DNA of 64,000 nt, taken from contig JAHIVT010000086.1 in the NCBI GenBank assembly GCA_018816555.1, positions 36,973 to 100,972 on the forward strand, written 5' to 3'. Made by a program: the position numbers and the translations under genes. The number at the start of each line of letters is the position of its first letter. The stretch's first letter is position 1. Below the pieces are notes generated by a model, which did no database searches, was not told the origin of the DNA, and worked only from the letters and a program-made list of their open reading frames with translations. Below are positions 49,904-59,758 of the stretch, one piece after another. The stretch is from Pseudomonadota bacterium (GTDB taxonomy: Bacteria > Desulfobacterota > Desulfobulbia > Desulfobulbales > SURF-16).

Positions 49904-52351
49904 ATGGCACAGGAAACTGATCAGAACATCTTTGTCATGTTCGACAGGCTGCGGGACAGTCTGAAGCAGATTATCTTCGATCAGGATAAGGCTATAGACG
50001 AGGTGGTGGATGCCTTCATCCATATGGCTTACAAACCGGTTGATACACCGCCCAAGGTGATTTTCACCTTCCTGGGACCTGCCTCGGTGGGCAAGAAGAG
50101 CCTTGCCCGCGCCCTGACCTCTCATCTTAAGGAGTATGCGGCTTTCAAGCAGTTTGACATGGAGCAGTTCACTGACCCTGAAAGCGGTGCGCAGCTGCTC
50201 GGCCAGAGAATGACCCCTGACGGTGTCCAGGATGGGGAGTTGACCGGTTTTATCAAGGATCATCCCCAGTCAATTATTCTCTTTGATTCCATTGAAAAAG
50301 CGGACAATCAACTGCAGCTGGCCCTTTTTAATCTGCTTACCCGCAGCGAGGAGGAGAGCGGCATCGACTGCAGCGGCGTTATCGTCATTTTTACCTCCAG
50401 CCTGGGCTGCGGATTTTTCAAGGACAGAAAATACCAGGAGGCATTCAAGGAAAACAAGCTGCGCGCCCAGGCTCTGGTCATGGACGCCCTTGCCAAGGAA
50501 AGAAAGGCGGTCTACGATACGGTCCAGAGTGCCATTGCCCCAAAGCTGCTGGCCGCCATGGCGCGCAATTTCATCATCCTGTTCAATTCCCTGAGTCTGG
50601 ATACCCTGGTGCGCATCGGCGGTGAATCATTGAGCGCTCATTCCCGGCAGTTTGCCGACGTCAGTGGAATGAAGGTCGAATATCATGATTTTGACCGGAT
50701 TGCCGCTTTGCTGACCCTGTCATTTTCTCCTGATATCAGCGTCAACAGGCTCAAACAGAAACTGCCGGATCTCGTTCTGGGCAGGGTCACCAGCTTTGTC
50801 CGTGACCAGAGGAAATATCCCGAGCATATCGTCTGCAGGATTTCCAAACAGGCCGATTCTTTTCTGGAGAAAATCTGCCAGGATAAAGAGACATTGCCGA
50901 CCAGGCTTTATAAGAAAAATGAAACAGTGGATATCTCCTGGAAAGAGACCCTGCGGGGCCAGAAGCTGACCTGCACCATTCACAAGGCGGAATTGAAGAG
51001 ACTGCCGCCGGCCAGTGAATTTTTCCGCGAGCTGCAGCCCATGGTGGAATTTTCCACCATGGGCTTTAAGGATATAGCCGGCAATAAAAGTACCAAGAAG
51101 AATCTTAAGCAGATCGTCAAGATTCTCAGGGAGCCGGGACTGCTGGAAAAATTCGGCATCGACATGCCCAAGGGCATGCTGCTCTATGGACCTTCCGGCG
51201 TGGGCAAGACCATGCTGGCCAAGGCCTTTGCCCGGGAGACGGAAAGACCTTTTGTCTATGTGTCCAGAAGCGACCTGTTTGATCCTGGCTATATCCGCAA
51301 TGCCTATGTCAAGGCCAGGGAATTTGCCCCGAGCCTCGTCTTTCTTGACGGCATTGACGTCAAGGGGCTGATTGAGGGGGTTTATACCTCCATGCCGGAT
51401 GACCAGTTGACCCTGGAGCTTGACGCCCTGTCCGGGGATCCCGAGGATTCCGTCTTCACCATCGCCACTGCCCAGAACAAGGCCGATGTCAGTCCCCGGC
51501 TCATTGCCCCCAACAGAATCGATATCTTTGTCGAGGTACCCGAGCTTGATCGGGACGCCCGGCGCTTTTTCATTGAAAAGATTCTTGAGAAACCAAACGA
51601 CGGCAAGATCAACGTTGAGAGGGTGATCCGGTATATCTCAGGCATGAGCGGCTATGATCTGCAGCGTATCGGCAAGGAGGCCTCTCTCTATGCCATCCGC
51701 AATGATCTTGACAGCATCACCGAAGATATCCTCATTGAGGAGATCAACATCATCAAGTACGGTTATAAGCTGGAGAAGAAACGCATCAGAAATCTTGAAC
51801 AGGATCTGAAAATCACCGCCTACCATGAGGCCGGGCACGCGGTGCTGTCCCATCTGCTGCTGCCGGACATCAAGATTGAACAGGTGACCATCGCACCGCG
51901 GCTGAAATCCATGGGATTCATCTCTTACAGCATGGAGGATTTCCCCGGCAACATCTCCAAGGATGAGGTCTTTGACAACATCTGCGTGCTGCTCGGCGGG
52001 CGCACGGCCAGCATCAGGAAGTTCGGCAGCAAGGGGATCGACACGGGTGCGGCAAACGATCTGGAGGTGGCCACCCATCAGGCCTATGCCGCTGTTGCCA
52101 GTCTGGGCATGGATGAGGAGATCGGCTATGTGCACACCGATACCCTTTCCCAGAATGTCAGTAAACAGATATACCTGGCCAAGGTTGCGGAACGGATCAG
52201 CCATTGGATGAAAGAGGCGAGTATCAAGGCCGAGACGCTGATTGAAAAGCACTGGGAAAAAGTGGAGCAGCTGGCCTCCATCCTTATCCGCCAGGAAATT
52301 GTCGACGGTGCCGAGTTGGAAAAGATCATGAAGGGGCTGAAAGAGTCCTAG
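49904..52351 (+). CDS. Soluble Clp-D2-like AAA + FtsH-like AAA + peptidase M41 fusion
   Basis: 'FLGPASVGK..FDMEQF..LFDSIEKA'; 'PKGMLLYGPSGVGKT'; 'TAYHEAGHA', 'GAANDL'; no TM; CAGGAG RBS before ATG 49904. Confidence 0.88.
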   Translation: MAQETDQNIFVMFDRLRDSLKQIIFDQDKAIDEVVDAFIHMAYKPVDTPPKVIFTFLGPASVGKKSLARALTSHLKEYAAFKQFDMEQFTDPESGAQLLGQRMTPDGVQDGELTGFIKDHPQSIILFDSIEKADNQLQLALFNLLTRSEEESGIDCSGVIVIFTSSLGCGFFKDRKYQEAFKENKLRAQALVMDALAKERKAVYDTVQSAIAPKLLAAMARNFIILFNSLSLDTLVRIGGESLSAHSRQFADVSGMKVEYHDFDRIAALLTLSFSPDISVNRLKQKLPDLVLGRVTSFVRDQRKYPEHIVCRISKQADSFLEKICQDKETLPTRLYKKNETVDISWKETLRGQKLTCTIHKAELKRLPPASEFFRELQPMVEFSTMGFKDIAGNKSTKKNLKQIVKILREPGLLEKFGIDMPKGMLLYGPSGVGKTMLAKAFARETERPFVYVSRSDLFDPGYIRNAYVKAREFAPSLVFLDGIDVKGLIEGVYTSMPDDQLTLELDALSGDPEDSVFTIATAQNKADVSPRLIAPNRIDIFVEVPELDRDARRFFIEKILEKPNDGKINVERVIRYISGMSGYDLQRIGKEASLYAIRNDLDSITEDILIEEINIIKYGYKLEKKRIRNLEQDLKITAYHEAGHAVLSHLLLPDIKIEQVTIAPRLKSMGFISYSMEDFPGNISKDEVFDNICVLLGGRTASIRKFGSKGIDTGAANDLEVATHQAYAAVASLGMDEEIGYVHTDTLSQNVSKQIYLAKVAERISHWMKEASIKAETLIEKHWEKVEQLASILIRQEIVDGAELEKIMKGLKES

Positions 52352-52597
52352 CGGAATTGCCGGCAGGCAGATGTGTCGCCATTTTGCCGACACCATAAAA
52401 ATGCAAGTAATTTATTATACTGCTGATATTTATTTCCCTTTACTGGTTGTAAAAGGGGAGGTAATATCAAAAAAAATATCCTGGGAGGGAGAAAAAAATC
52501 CCTTTGCAGCGTTAAAGGAATAGGCAAGCGGTTCATATCCATCCTGTCAGAGATACTGTAACCCTTTATCAACAACCAATAATTGAGGAAGAATTCA

Positions 52598-52861
52598 ATG
52601 AAACTGATGAAGAAGACTGTTGCTTTTGTCCTTATGTCCTTACTGGCCACCGGTATATGCGCCTGTGATCAGAAAAAAGAAAAAGCTGAAGTGACACCTG
52701 CCCCGGCAGTTGAGCACCAGGCCGCCCCGGCCATGGAGCAGCAGGCTCCTGCCGCCACAGAACCGGCACCGGCCGAAGGGACACAGCCAATGGATGTTCC
52801 TTCACCCGACAGTGCAGAGCAGCCAGCTCCTGCAACCGAAGCGGCACCCAGCCAGCATTAA
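52598..52861 (+). CDS. Small Pro/Ala/Glu-rich lipoprotein
   Basis: Signal peptide ending 'ICAC', low-complexity APA repeats. Confidence 0.65.
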   Translation: MKLMKKTVAFVLMSLLATGICACDQKKEKAEVTPAPAVEHQAAPAMEQQAPAATEPAPAEGTQPMDVPSPDSAEQPAPATEAAPSQH

Positions 52862-52873
52862 TTCATGAAGATT

Positions 52874-52908
52874 ACCCGTGGCGGGGTTGTTGTCCTGCCA
52901 CGGGTTTC
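52874..52908 (+). terminator. Terminator-like hairpin between convergent genes
   Basis: ACCCGTGGCGGG / CCTGCCACGGGT stem (with G-U pair), short T run. Confidence 0.6.
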
Positions 52909-52954
52909 TCATTGCGGCCCATTGCGGCCGATCAGTTAATCTGCGGCTGGATTC

Positions 52955-54043
52955 TTAAGCCTCATCCTCTTCTTCCGGGCTGTTTTCCTCATCAATCCGG
53001 CGGATGCCGTCCATCAGCAGTTTCATGAATTCGCCGATCTCCGCCGCTTTCATTTCCTGGGGTGAGAGGCCGGCGTTGAATTTGAAGCGTCCGCCTTTTC
53101 TTTCGGCAATGATGCGGTAAATCGCCTCCTGGTTTTTTTCTCCTGCATAGCTGGCGTTGATGATGCACCCCTCCCTGAAGGAAATGCGTGCCTCTCCATC
53201 CGGCAGCTCAATGGTCAGTACCCCTGTTTTGCCGTTCATGTGAAAGAGTTGGAATAATTCCACCTGGGGCATTTCCGCCAGTGAGCCGCTCATGGCATAG
53301 GCGACCTCCTGGAGACGGGCGGCATTGCTTTTGGTGAGACGGTCCGAGAGAAGGCGCAGGAAATAGATATAAAGGGAGGGATTCTTGTTCAGCAGGTTTT
53401 TCATTTCCTGGCCGTCGATGCAGAGCACTTCGGTGGGATCAATGGTTCTTACCGTAGCGCAGACCGCCTGGGAGGTGAGTTGACTCATTTCGCCCAGAAC
53501 CTCCCCTCGGCCAAGAACGGCAATGCGCTGATCGCCGTCAAGCACAGCCACCTTGCCGGATAAGATGATGACAACATTGCCCGCTTCCTCTCCCTTACGA
53601 AATATGTCCGATCCCGGGCTGAATTTTTTGTAGGTGAAGCAGGGAAGAATTCTGGCCAGATTTTTTTTCTCAATGACCTGAAAGAGACCGATAGTACCCA
53701 GTCCGTCAACCAGTCTGTGCGGCACATTTATTTCAGTGCCCAGGATCTCGGACAAAGAGGTGGCTGCTTCGTCTTCCGTGGCGATTGTATTGTAATTCAT
53801 TCGGAACTTGATCAGACCGGAGCAGCCTGAGCAGCTGAAGAGTTTTTCCGGGTCATGCCCGTCTTTATCCTGGGAGAGAAGGGCAAATAACAGTTCGGTC
53901 ATTTCCCTGGCCAGGATAAGGCAGACAGGTTTATCCTGCGGAGGCAGCAGGGCCTTGTCCGTCAATTCCAGTCGGTCATCCAGTTCATAGAGAGGGCATT
54001 TTTTATTCTCCACGATCTGGAAGATTGACCTGAAAGAGCTCAT
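52955..54043 (-). CDS. Cys-rich N-terminal domain + cNMP-binding domain + DUF4388 (PatA-N-like)
   Basis: 'CPLY..PVC..CSGC'; 'GEVLGEMS..ATV'; 'MSGSLAEM...ELFQLF....KTGVL'. Confidence 0.82.
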   Translation of the reverse strand: MSSFRSIFQIVENKKCPLYELDDRLELTDKALLPPQDKPVCLILAREMTELLFALLSQDKDGHDPEKLFSCSGCSGLIKFRMNYNTIATEDEAATSLSEILGTEINVPHRLVDGLGTIGLFQVIEKKNLARILPCFTYKKFSPGSDIFRKGEEAGNVVIILSGKVAVLDGDQRIAVLGRGEVLGEMSQLTSQAVCATVRTIDPTEVLCIDGQEMKNLLNKNPSLYIYFLRLLSDRLTKSNAARLQEVAYAMSGSLAEMPQVELFQLFHMNGKTGVLTIELPDGEARISFREGCIINASYAGEKNQEAIYRIIAERKGGRFKFNAGLSPQEMKAAEIGEFMKLLMDGIRRIDEENSPEEEDEA

Positions 54044-54288
54044 GGTTCGTTACCTTTTTTCTGTCGTGAGTTGGTCGAGCCTTCATTTGGGACCATAACC
54101 GAGAACGCAAACGCTGTCCTGTTTTCAGCTGCAGCCATTCAGTTAATTCTTGTTCAAGTCTTTAACTTTAGCTATTCTTAAGAGTAAAGTCGAGAGCATG
54201 GTTGTCAGGAGACAATTATGCTGCCATAATCCTCATTGTACCAACAAAAAAACAACAGATTTTTTATCTTTTTGAGATCCTATCCGCC

Positions 54289-56382
54289 ATGTCCGTATCC
54301 AACAGCCAACTCGCCGATGAATATGAGGAAATAAAGAGAAGATTTTCCGCCTCTCCTTATATCCGGATAACTGCAACCAGCGGAAATCCGCCGGACAATT
54401 ATGAGGTTACCTACCATGTCAAGGGAATAAGCCAGGTGACGGACGGCCGGGCAGATATTAATGACAGCCACCGGGTGAGTATTGTTCTCCCCTTTGGTTA
54501 TCCCCATTTTCCGCCGAATTGTAAACCGCTTACCGCAATTTTTCATCCTGATTTTGACCCGGATGCCATCTGTATCGGGGATTTCTGGAATTCCTCCCGC
54601 TCCCTGCCTGAACTTATTGTGCATATCGGCAGGTTGATTTCCTATCAAACCTATAGCCGAGAGGATGTCTTCAATCGTGAAGCCCTTGACTGGACCCGGG
54701 CCAATGGTGATTTGCTGCCGCTTGACCAGGCCGATTTCAGGGTCCAGACGACGGAGGCACAACCTGAAGTTGTTACGGCTGACACGCAGCAAGGTCTTAT
54801 TCCCGCAGAATTATTGCCGGCAAGCGGTGACGCGCCGATGCCGCCGGCAATCGCACCTCAAGCAGGGGAAGGGCGTGAAAAAACAAAAGATGGAAGAGGT
54901 AAGGCTGCTTCTTCTGCCGGCAAAATCACAGGCAACAAAAACAGGAAACCCTTGCTGTTTGCAGTCTGCGGGGTATTGTTGCTTGCCGTTGTTGCCTGCG
55001 CCCTGCTCGTGCTTGACCTGCGCAATTATGCAGGAGCGGTGCAGAAGTGGGCCGGGGTGGCGCCCCTGGTCAGTCAAAACAGATTCGCCGAGGCGGATAC
55101 CCAGGTGAAAGATGTCCAGGCCCTGCTGGATAAGATCCGTTTTCTCAAAAAAGGGGAAAAACAGGCACTGCTGCAGGAAGTCAGAAAGCTGGCCGACTCC
55201 CAGGAATTTAAAGAGGGTCTGCAGGGCAAGATACTGGTGAACGGCCGCTACCTCACGATCCGGCAACAGCAGGATATCAAGGCAGTGAGCGAATTGCTCG
55301 CCAAAGCGCAGTCCCTGGCGGATGCCGGCAAGCGGCAGAATGCTGGAGAGGCCTACTCTTTGGCTGCAGAAAAAACTACGGGCCTTGGCGATCTTGCTCC
55401 CGTACCCCTGGACAAGGTCGAAGAGCTGGCACAGAAGAGTCGCCTGCAGGGTCAGATGGAGGAGGGCAATCTGTTCAGGTCCCGGCAGAAGTGGGATCAG
55501 GCGCAAGGTAATTACCAGGAGGCGATGAAGATACTGGCCGGCATGAAGAAGGATGAACAGTGGGAGGCCACCAGAAGGGAGATCCAGACCCTCATGACCG
55601 AGATGGCTTTTTCTTCAGCTGTGGAACACGGTAATCAATTCTTTGCCGATAAACAATGGTCTCAGGCCGCCGACAGTTATGAGAACGCCTTGAAGATGAT
55701 CGATAATCAGGGTGGAGAACCGGCCCCGGCAGTGAAGAAAATCCAAGGGCAGCGTGATGTGGCCAGATTCAATTTTTATTATGAGGCAGGACTGAAAGAT
55801 TTCAGTGGGGGTCAATGGGATGCCGCCATTGCCAATCTGGAAAGAGGTGAGGGACTGCTGGCCGCTGCCAGGGCAGCCGGCGGGGCTCGTGAGATCAGCC
55901 GGACAACCATTAAGGGGAAAATTCTCAGTGCCACGATCAATCGTGGAGAGGGCGCGGTGGCTGCATATCTGGCAGAGGAGAAATACAGCCAGGCAGTCAA
56001 GGTGCTGCAAGCAAGTATCAACGCCATTGACCACAATCAGCTTGGGTCAGAGAAAGAATTTGCCGCAGCCCGAAAGTCTGCGGCTGAAAGAATCAGCAAG
56101 TATCGGTTTCTGGGTGATATTCAGCAGAAGATTGCCTACCTGCTCAGCAGGTATGAAACGATTTTCAAGGATTTTTTCCCCTCAGCCGCCCGGTCAAAAC
56201 TGTCGGAACCGCAAATCACCTTTGTCAGACAGGAAGGAACCCTTCTCATCTTCAAGATGCAATGCCTGGAAGAGAACAGGCGGCAGAAATTTACCCTGGA
56301 GATGAATTATCAGTATGACGGCAAGTCAGGGCAATGGAGCCCCACACTCCATGCGGATGGCGCAGGCAGCGCGGGCAAGTAA
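54289..56382 (+). CDS. Ubiquitin-conjugating (E2/UBC)-like domain fused to a TM helix and TPR-like repeats
   Basis: 'YPHFPP....TAIFHPDFDPDAICIGDFW...L.ELI..I...I.YQ.Y....FNREA..W'; TM 'LLFAVCGVLLLAVVACALLVL'; repeats 'G..F....W..A...Y..A'; ATG 54289. Confidence 0.75.
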   Translation: MSVSNSQLADEYEEIKRRFSASPYIRITATSGNPPDNYEVTYHVKGISQVTDGRADINDSHRVSIVLPFGYPHFPPNCKPLTAIFHPDFDPDAICIGDFWNSSRSLPELIVHIGRLISYQTYSREDVFNREALDWTRANGDLLPLDQADFRVQTTEAQPEVVTADTQQGLIPAELLPASGDAPMPPAIAPQAGEGREKTKDGRGKAASSAGKITGNKNRKPLLFAVCGVLLLAVVACALLVLDLRNYAGAVQKWAGVAPLVSQNRFAEADTQVKDVQALLDKIRFLKKGEKQALLQEVRKLADSQEFKEGLQGKILVNGRYLTIRQQQDIKAVSELLAKAQSLADAGKRQNAGEAYSLAAEKTTGLGDLAPVPLDKVEELAQKSRLQGQMEEGNLFRSRQKWDQAQGNYQEAMKILAGMKKDEQWEATRREIQTLMTEMAFSSAVEHGNQFFADKQWSQAADSYENALKMIDNQGGEPAPAVKKIQGQRDVARFNFYYEAGLKDFSGGQWDAAIANLERGEGLLAAARAAGGAREISRTTIKGKILSATINRGEGAVAAYLAEEKYSQAVKVLQASINAIDHNQLGSEKEFAAARKSAAERISKYRFLGDIQQKIAYLLSRYETIFKDFFPSAARSKLSEPQITFVRQEGTLLIFKMQCLEENRRQKFTLEMNYQYDGKSGQWSPTLHADGAGSAGK

Positions 56383-56442
56383 GGCCTGGAGTGTTTTCCC
56401 CTGTTTTTCTGATCAGCAACGTACCGTATTATTCAGCAACCG

Positions 56443-57309
56443 TCAGCTGTCCGCGCCGATGACCACAACCCTGTCGCGACCGTCATTTTTTGCCTGATAG
56501 AGGGCCTTGTCGGCATTTTTGATCAGGGTATGCAGGTCAACAGCTGTCGTCTGGCCATGGTTGAAGCCTGCCACCCCTATGCTCACGGTGATTGTGATGG
56601 CAGGATGGCAGGATTCTTCATCCTGGGTGGCCATTTCCTCCATGGCGATTTTGTGGCGTAAACGCTCAGCCAGAACAGCCGCGTGCGTTGCGGTGGTGTT
56701 CGGCATGATGACAAGTATCTCTTCCCCGCCGTATCGCGCCACAATGTCAATATCCCGCACAGTTGATAAGATCAACTTGGCGAGGTTTTTTAATACAAGG
56801 TCCCCTATCTGGTGCCCGCAGGTGTCGTTGACCATTTTAAAGCGGTCAATGTCCAGCAGCAGGACGGCCAGAGGGAGATTATATCTTTGCGACCGCAGAA
56901 ACTCTTCCTTGAGGCGGCGATCCAGATACCGGCGGTTAAAAATACCCATCAGGGAGTCGGAGATGTTTTCCTGCTCCAGGATATTGATCCGCTGCAGATC
57001 AATGACTGTTTTAAAAGACAGTAAGCAGACCAGCAGTACAAAAACGGCGCCGCCCAGAAACACTCCCGGCACGAGAAGCTCGGAAAAGGAACTGCAGTTC
57101 CTCCAGTTGACAAATGCGTAAGTAATGTAACCGGCGATAAAAAAAAGGATCATCAGGGTCAGGACATTCCACAGAGAGCGGGCGGACCCTGGAGGAAGCT
57201 CCTTGGTCAGTTTCCAGACCGGAAAGAGGGCGATGGTCAGAATGGCCGTCCCCGAGAACAGTAGTCCGTTCATGAGGTAAAATGTGACATTATCCATTGA
57301 TACGTGCAA
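56443..57309 (-). CDS. 3-TM diguanylate cyclase
   Basis: 'DIDRFKMVND', I-site 'RDID', 'RYGGEEI', 'ADKALYQAK'. Confidence 0.9.
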   Translation of the reverse strand: MHVSMDNVTFYLMNGLLFSGTAILTIALFPVWKLTKELPPGSARSLWNVLTLMILFFIAGYITYAFVNWRNCSSFSELLVPGVFLGGAVFVLLVCLLSFKTVIDLQRINILEQENISDSLMGIFNRRYLDRRLKEEFLRSQRYNLPLAVLLLDIDRFKMVNDTCGHQIGDLVLKNLAKLILSTVRDIDIVARYGGEEILVIMPNTTATHAAVLAERLRHKIAMEEMATQDEESCHPAITITVSIGVAGFNHGQTTAVDLHTLIKNADKALYQAKNDGRDRVVVIGADS

Positions 57310-57789
57310 TAATCGAATTTTTTTTGAAAGGCAGCCGCTGTTACGTGGCTTTTAAAAGCTTATTTACGGACAAGCTCTCCATCTCTTGAGTTATCAATCC
57401 GGCAGATCTCCCCGCTGGCCTGTTAAATTATGCGGTGCAGGAGGTTCACCGTGTCCGCTTCTGTCATGTAACGAACGGCCTATTGCCATTGTAGCATGGT
57501 GTCCTGAAATTTATTTAAAATTTCAGCAGGTAATCAGAACTGGCCGCAGATTGGTATTCTTTTGGGAACTCATCCGGCGGGAAAGCAAATTAACCTCCAT
57601 TGCCGGCAATTGCCAGACTTTTGTGACACCGATTATTTTTCTCAATTCCAAATCTGCATTTTTTTAGGCAGGCGGAGAATGATAAATGCCGAGACAATGA
57701 GTGGCTGAATGAAATGTCTGGGGAAATGTAGCAATGAAACCTGGAGGTTGTGTAATTTCCTAACAAATTTAATTAGTTAATTAAACTTG

Positions 57790-57833
57790 TTGATAATGAA
57801 TTTCAAAAAATTATATACTGATAATCATAATGA
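57790..57833. promoter_or_regulatory. Two Fur/PerR-box-like sequences upstream of the MCP gene
   Basis: TTGATAAT-G-AATTTCAA (57790-57806) and TGATAAT-C-ATAATGA (57819-57833) resemble the 7-1-7 box; region is AT-rich. Confidence 0.35.
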
Positions 57834-57984
57834 ATAGAATCGTCGGCATCACTTTAAGGTCAATGTTGCCTGATTTGCTGATTTCACGGATTGCAAAACA
57901 AATAATGGGGTTGGCGGTAATTTTCCGGCATTCGGGGTCTGGGCTAAAAGAGACAGATTACACCTACAATGGAGATATTGCATC

Positions 57985-59655
57985 ATGAATAACATGTCAA
58001 TCAGAATGAAAATTTCTTGCATTATGATTCTCATCGGAGTTGTGACCGCCTGCTTTTTTGCTTTTTTCATTTACCAGCGCAACATCAACGAAGCGCATGC
58101 TGATGCCCGGGTTAACGCCGATAATCTGCTGGCAAGAACCGTGCAGATGTTCATGGTGTCAACCACCAAATTTCATGAAGACTTTCAGCGGACCCAAGGC
58201 AATCCCGACGAAAGGCAAAAGATCCTGGATGATTGGAACCGAACGATCTTTGCCGTGGATCAGGCGGTTATTCATGACCATGGAGCGGATAAGCCGCGGG
58301 TGCGACTGATTGGCGATAAGCAGGTTTTTCAGTATGCCCCGCTGGGTGGCGACAATACGAAAATAGAGATACCCTTTGAAGCGGAAGCAGGCAAGTTCCT
58401 GGCGAATGGCGACAGTAAATTCGAAAAGATTGAGAACGGTTTTCTGCGGGTGGCCATTCCGCTGTGGAGTGATGTATTTATCGGATGTGCTGAATGCCAT
58501 ATTGCCAAGGTTGAAAATGATCAGGCCGATATGAACCGGCATATTCTGCTGGGGACCTTGAATGCCTATGTCCCTCTGCAGCAGATGGTGGCCCAGGCAA
58601 AAATTAATGCGGTCGTCATCATTTCGCTGTTCATGCTTGCCGTATTTCTGCTGATCGGCATTGTTTATCTGTTTGTCAGCCGCTCCTTGGTGAAGCCGGT
58701 TGTGCTTGAAATCAACAGTCTCAATGACAGTGCCGAGCAGGTAACCGTTTCCTCCAGGCAATTAAATTCCGCCAGCCTTGCCATGGCAGAGGGTGCTTCG
58801 GAACAGGCGGCATCCATCGAGGAGACATCCGCATCCCTGGAAGAAATGTCCTCCATGACCAGACGCAACGCGGATAATGCCCATCAGGCTGACAGTTTTA
58901 CCCGGGAAGCAAGCCAACTGGTGGACAAGGCCAATGATTCCATGGGCAAACTTAATGATTCCATGGAAGAAATTTCCAAGGCCAGCGCTGAAACATCGAA
59001 AATTATCAAAACCATCGACGAGATAGCGTTCCAGACAAACCTCCTGGCTCTCAATGCTGCCGTTGAGGCCGCCCGGGCCGGGGAGGCCGGCGCGGGGTTT
59101 GCCGTGGTTGCCGACGAGGTGCGCAACCTCGCCCTGCGAGCCGCCGAGGCAGCAAGGGACACAGCCGGGCTGATCGAGGCGACCGTGAACAAGGTGAAGG
59201 ATGGAAAAAATCTGGTCGGCGAAACAAACAGTTCTTTTGCCGAGGTGTCCATCAGTGTCGGCAAGGTCAGCCAGCTTGTGGCTGAAATCGCTTCCGCGTC
59301 CGGTGAGCAGGCCAAAGGGATTGATCAGATCAACTCGGCTGTGACTGAAATGGACAAGGTTATCCAGCGGAATGCGGCCAATGCGGAGCAATGCGCCGCG
59401 ACATCAGAGCAGATGGAACTGCAGTCCGGTAAGATGAAGCGTGTAGTGCGACATTTGCTGGGTTTATTTAAAGGGGGTGACCGTGACAGCGACTCCGTTG
59501 CCGCGCCCCCCGTGACAAAATCAGCAGCAAAAAAACAATCTGCCGCTCCGCGGGCTCAGGTGACGCCAAAAGGACAGAAGTTCATTGCTGCGCCCAAAAA
59601 AATGGCTTTCAAGAAAGATAATCCTGAACATGACAATGATTTTGAAGATTTTTAA
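57985..59655 (+). CDS. Methyl-accepting chemotaxis protein with periplasmic c-type heme motif
   Basis: TM-sensor (CAECH)-TM; '[34 protein letters not shown]'; C-terminal 'DFEDF' pentapeptide. Confidence 0.93.
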   Translation: MNNMSIRMKISCIMILIGVVTACFFAFFIYQRNINEAHADARVNADNLLARTVQMFMVSTTKFHEDFQRTQGNPDERQKILDDWNRTIFAVDQAVIHDHGADKPRVRLIGDKQVFQYAPLGGDNTKIEIPFEAEAGKFLANGDSKFEKIENGFLRVAIPLWSDVFIGCAECHIAKVENDQADMNRHILLGTLNAYVPLQQMVAQAKINAVVIISLFMLAVFLLIGIVYLFVSRSLVKPVVLEINSLNDSAEQVTVSSRQLNSASLAMAEGASEQAASIEETSASLEEMSSMTRRNADNAHQADSFTREASQLVDKANDSMGKLNDSMEEISKASAETSKIIKTIDEIAFQTNLLALNAAVEAARAGEAGAGFAVVADEVRNLALRAAEAARDTAGLIEATVNKVKDGKNLVGETNSSFAEVSISVGKVSQLVAEIASASGEQAKGIDQINSAVTEMDKVIQRNAANAEQCAATSEQMELQSGKMKRVVRHLLGLFKGGDRDSDSVAAPPVTKSAAKKQSAAPRAQVTPKGQKFIAAPKKMAFKKDNPEHDNDFEDF

Positions 59656-59717
59656 CCACCCTGCAACGCAGAGTTTGCGCACGCGATATCATGTTTCATC
59701 CCCTTGGCGCAAACTAC

Positions 59718-59758
59718 AGGCCATCTTTAAAAATCAGGATGATTTTTAAAGATGGCCT
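59718..59758. terminator. Perfect 19-bp inverted repeat between convergent genes
   Basis: AGGCCATCTTTAAAAATCA-GGA-TGATTTTTAAAGATGGCCT, abutting the rSAM stop codon. Confidence 0.6.

Noticed and set aside
52598-52861. Pro/Ala-rich small protein as ubiquitin-like or Pup-like modifier for the E2 fusion
   Set aside because: It has a lipoprotein signal and lacks a C-terminal GG or GGE/Q
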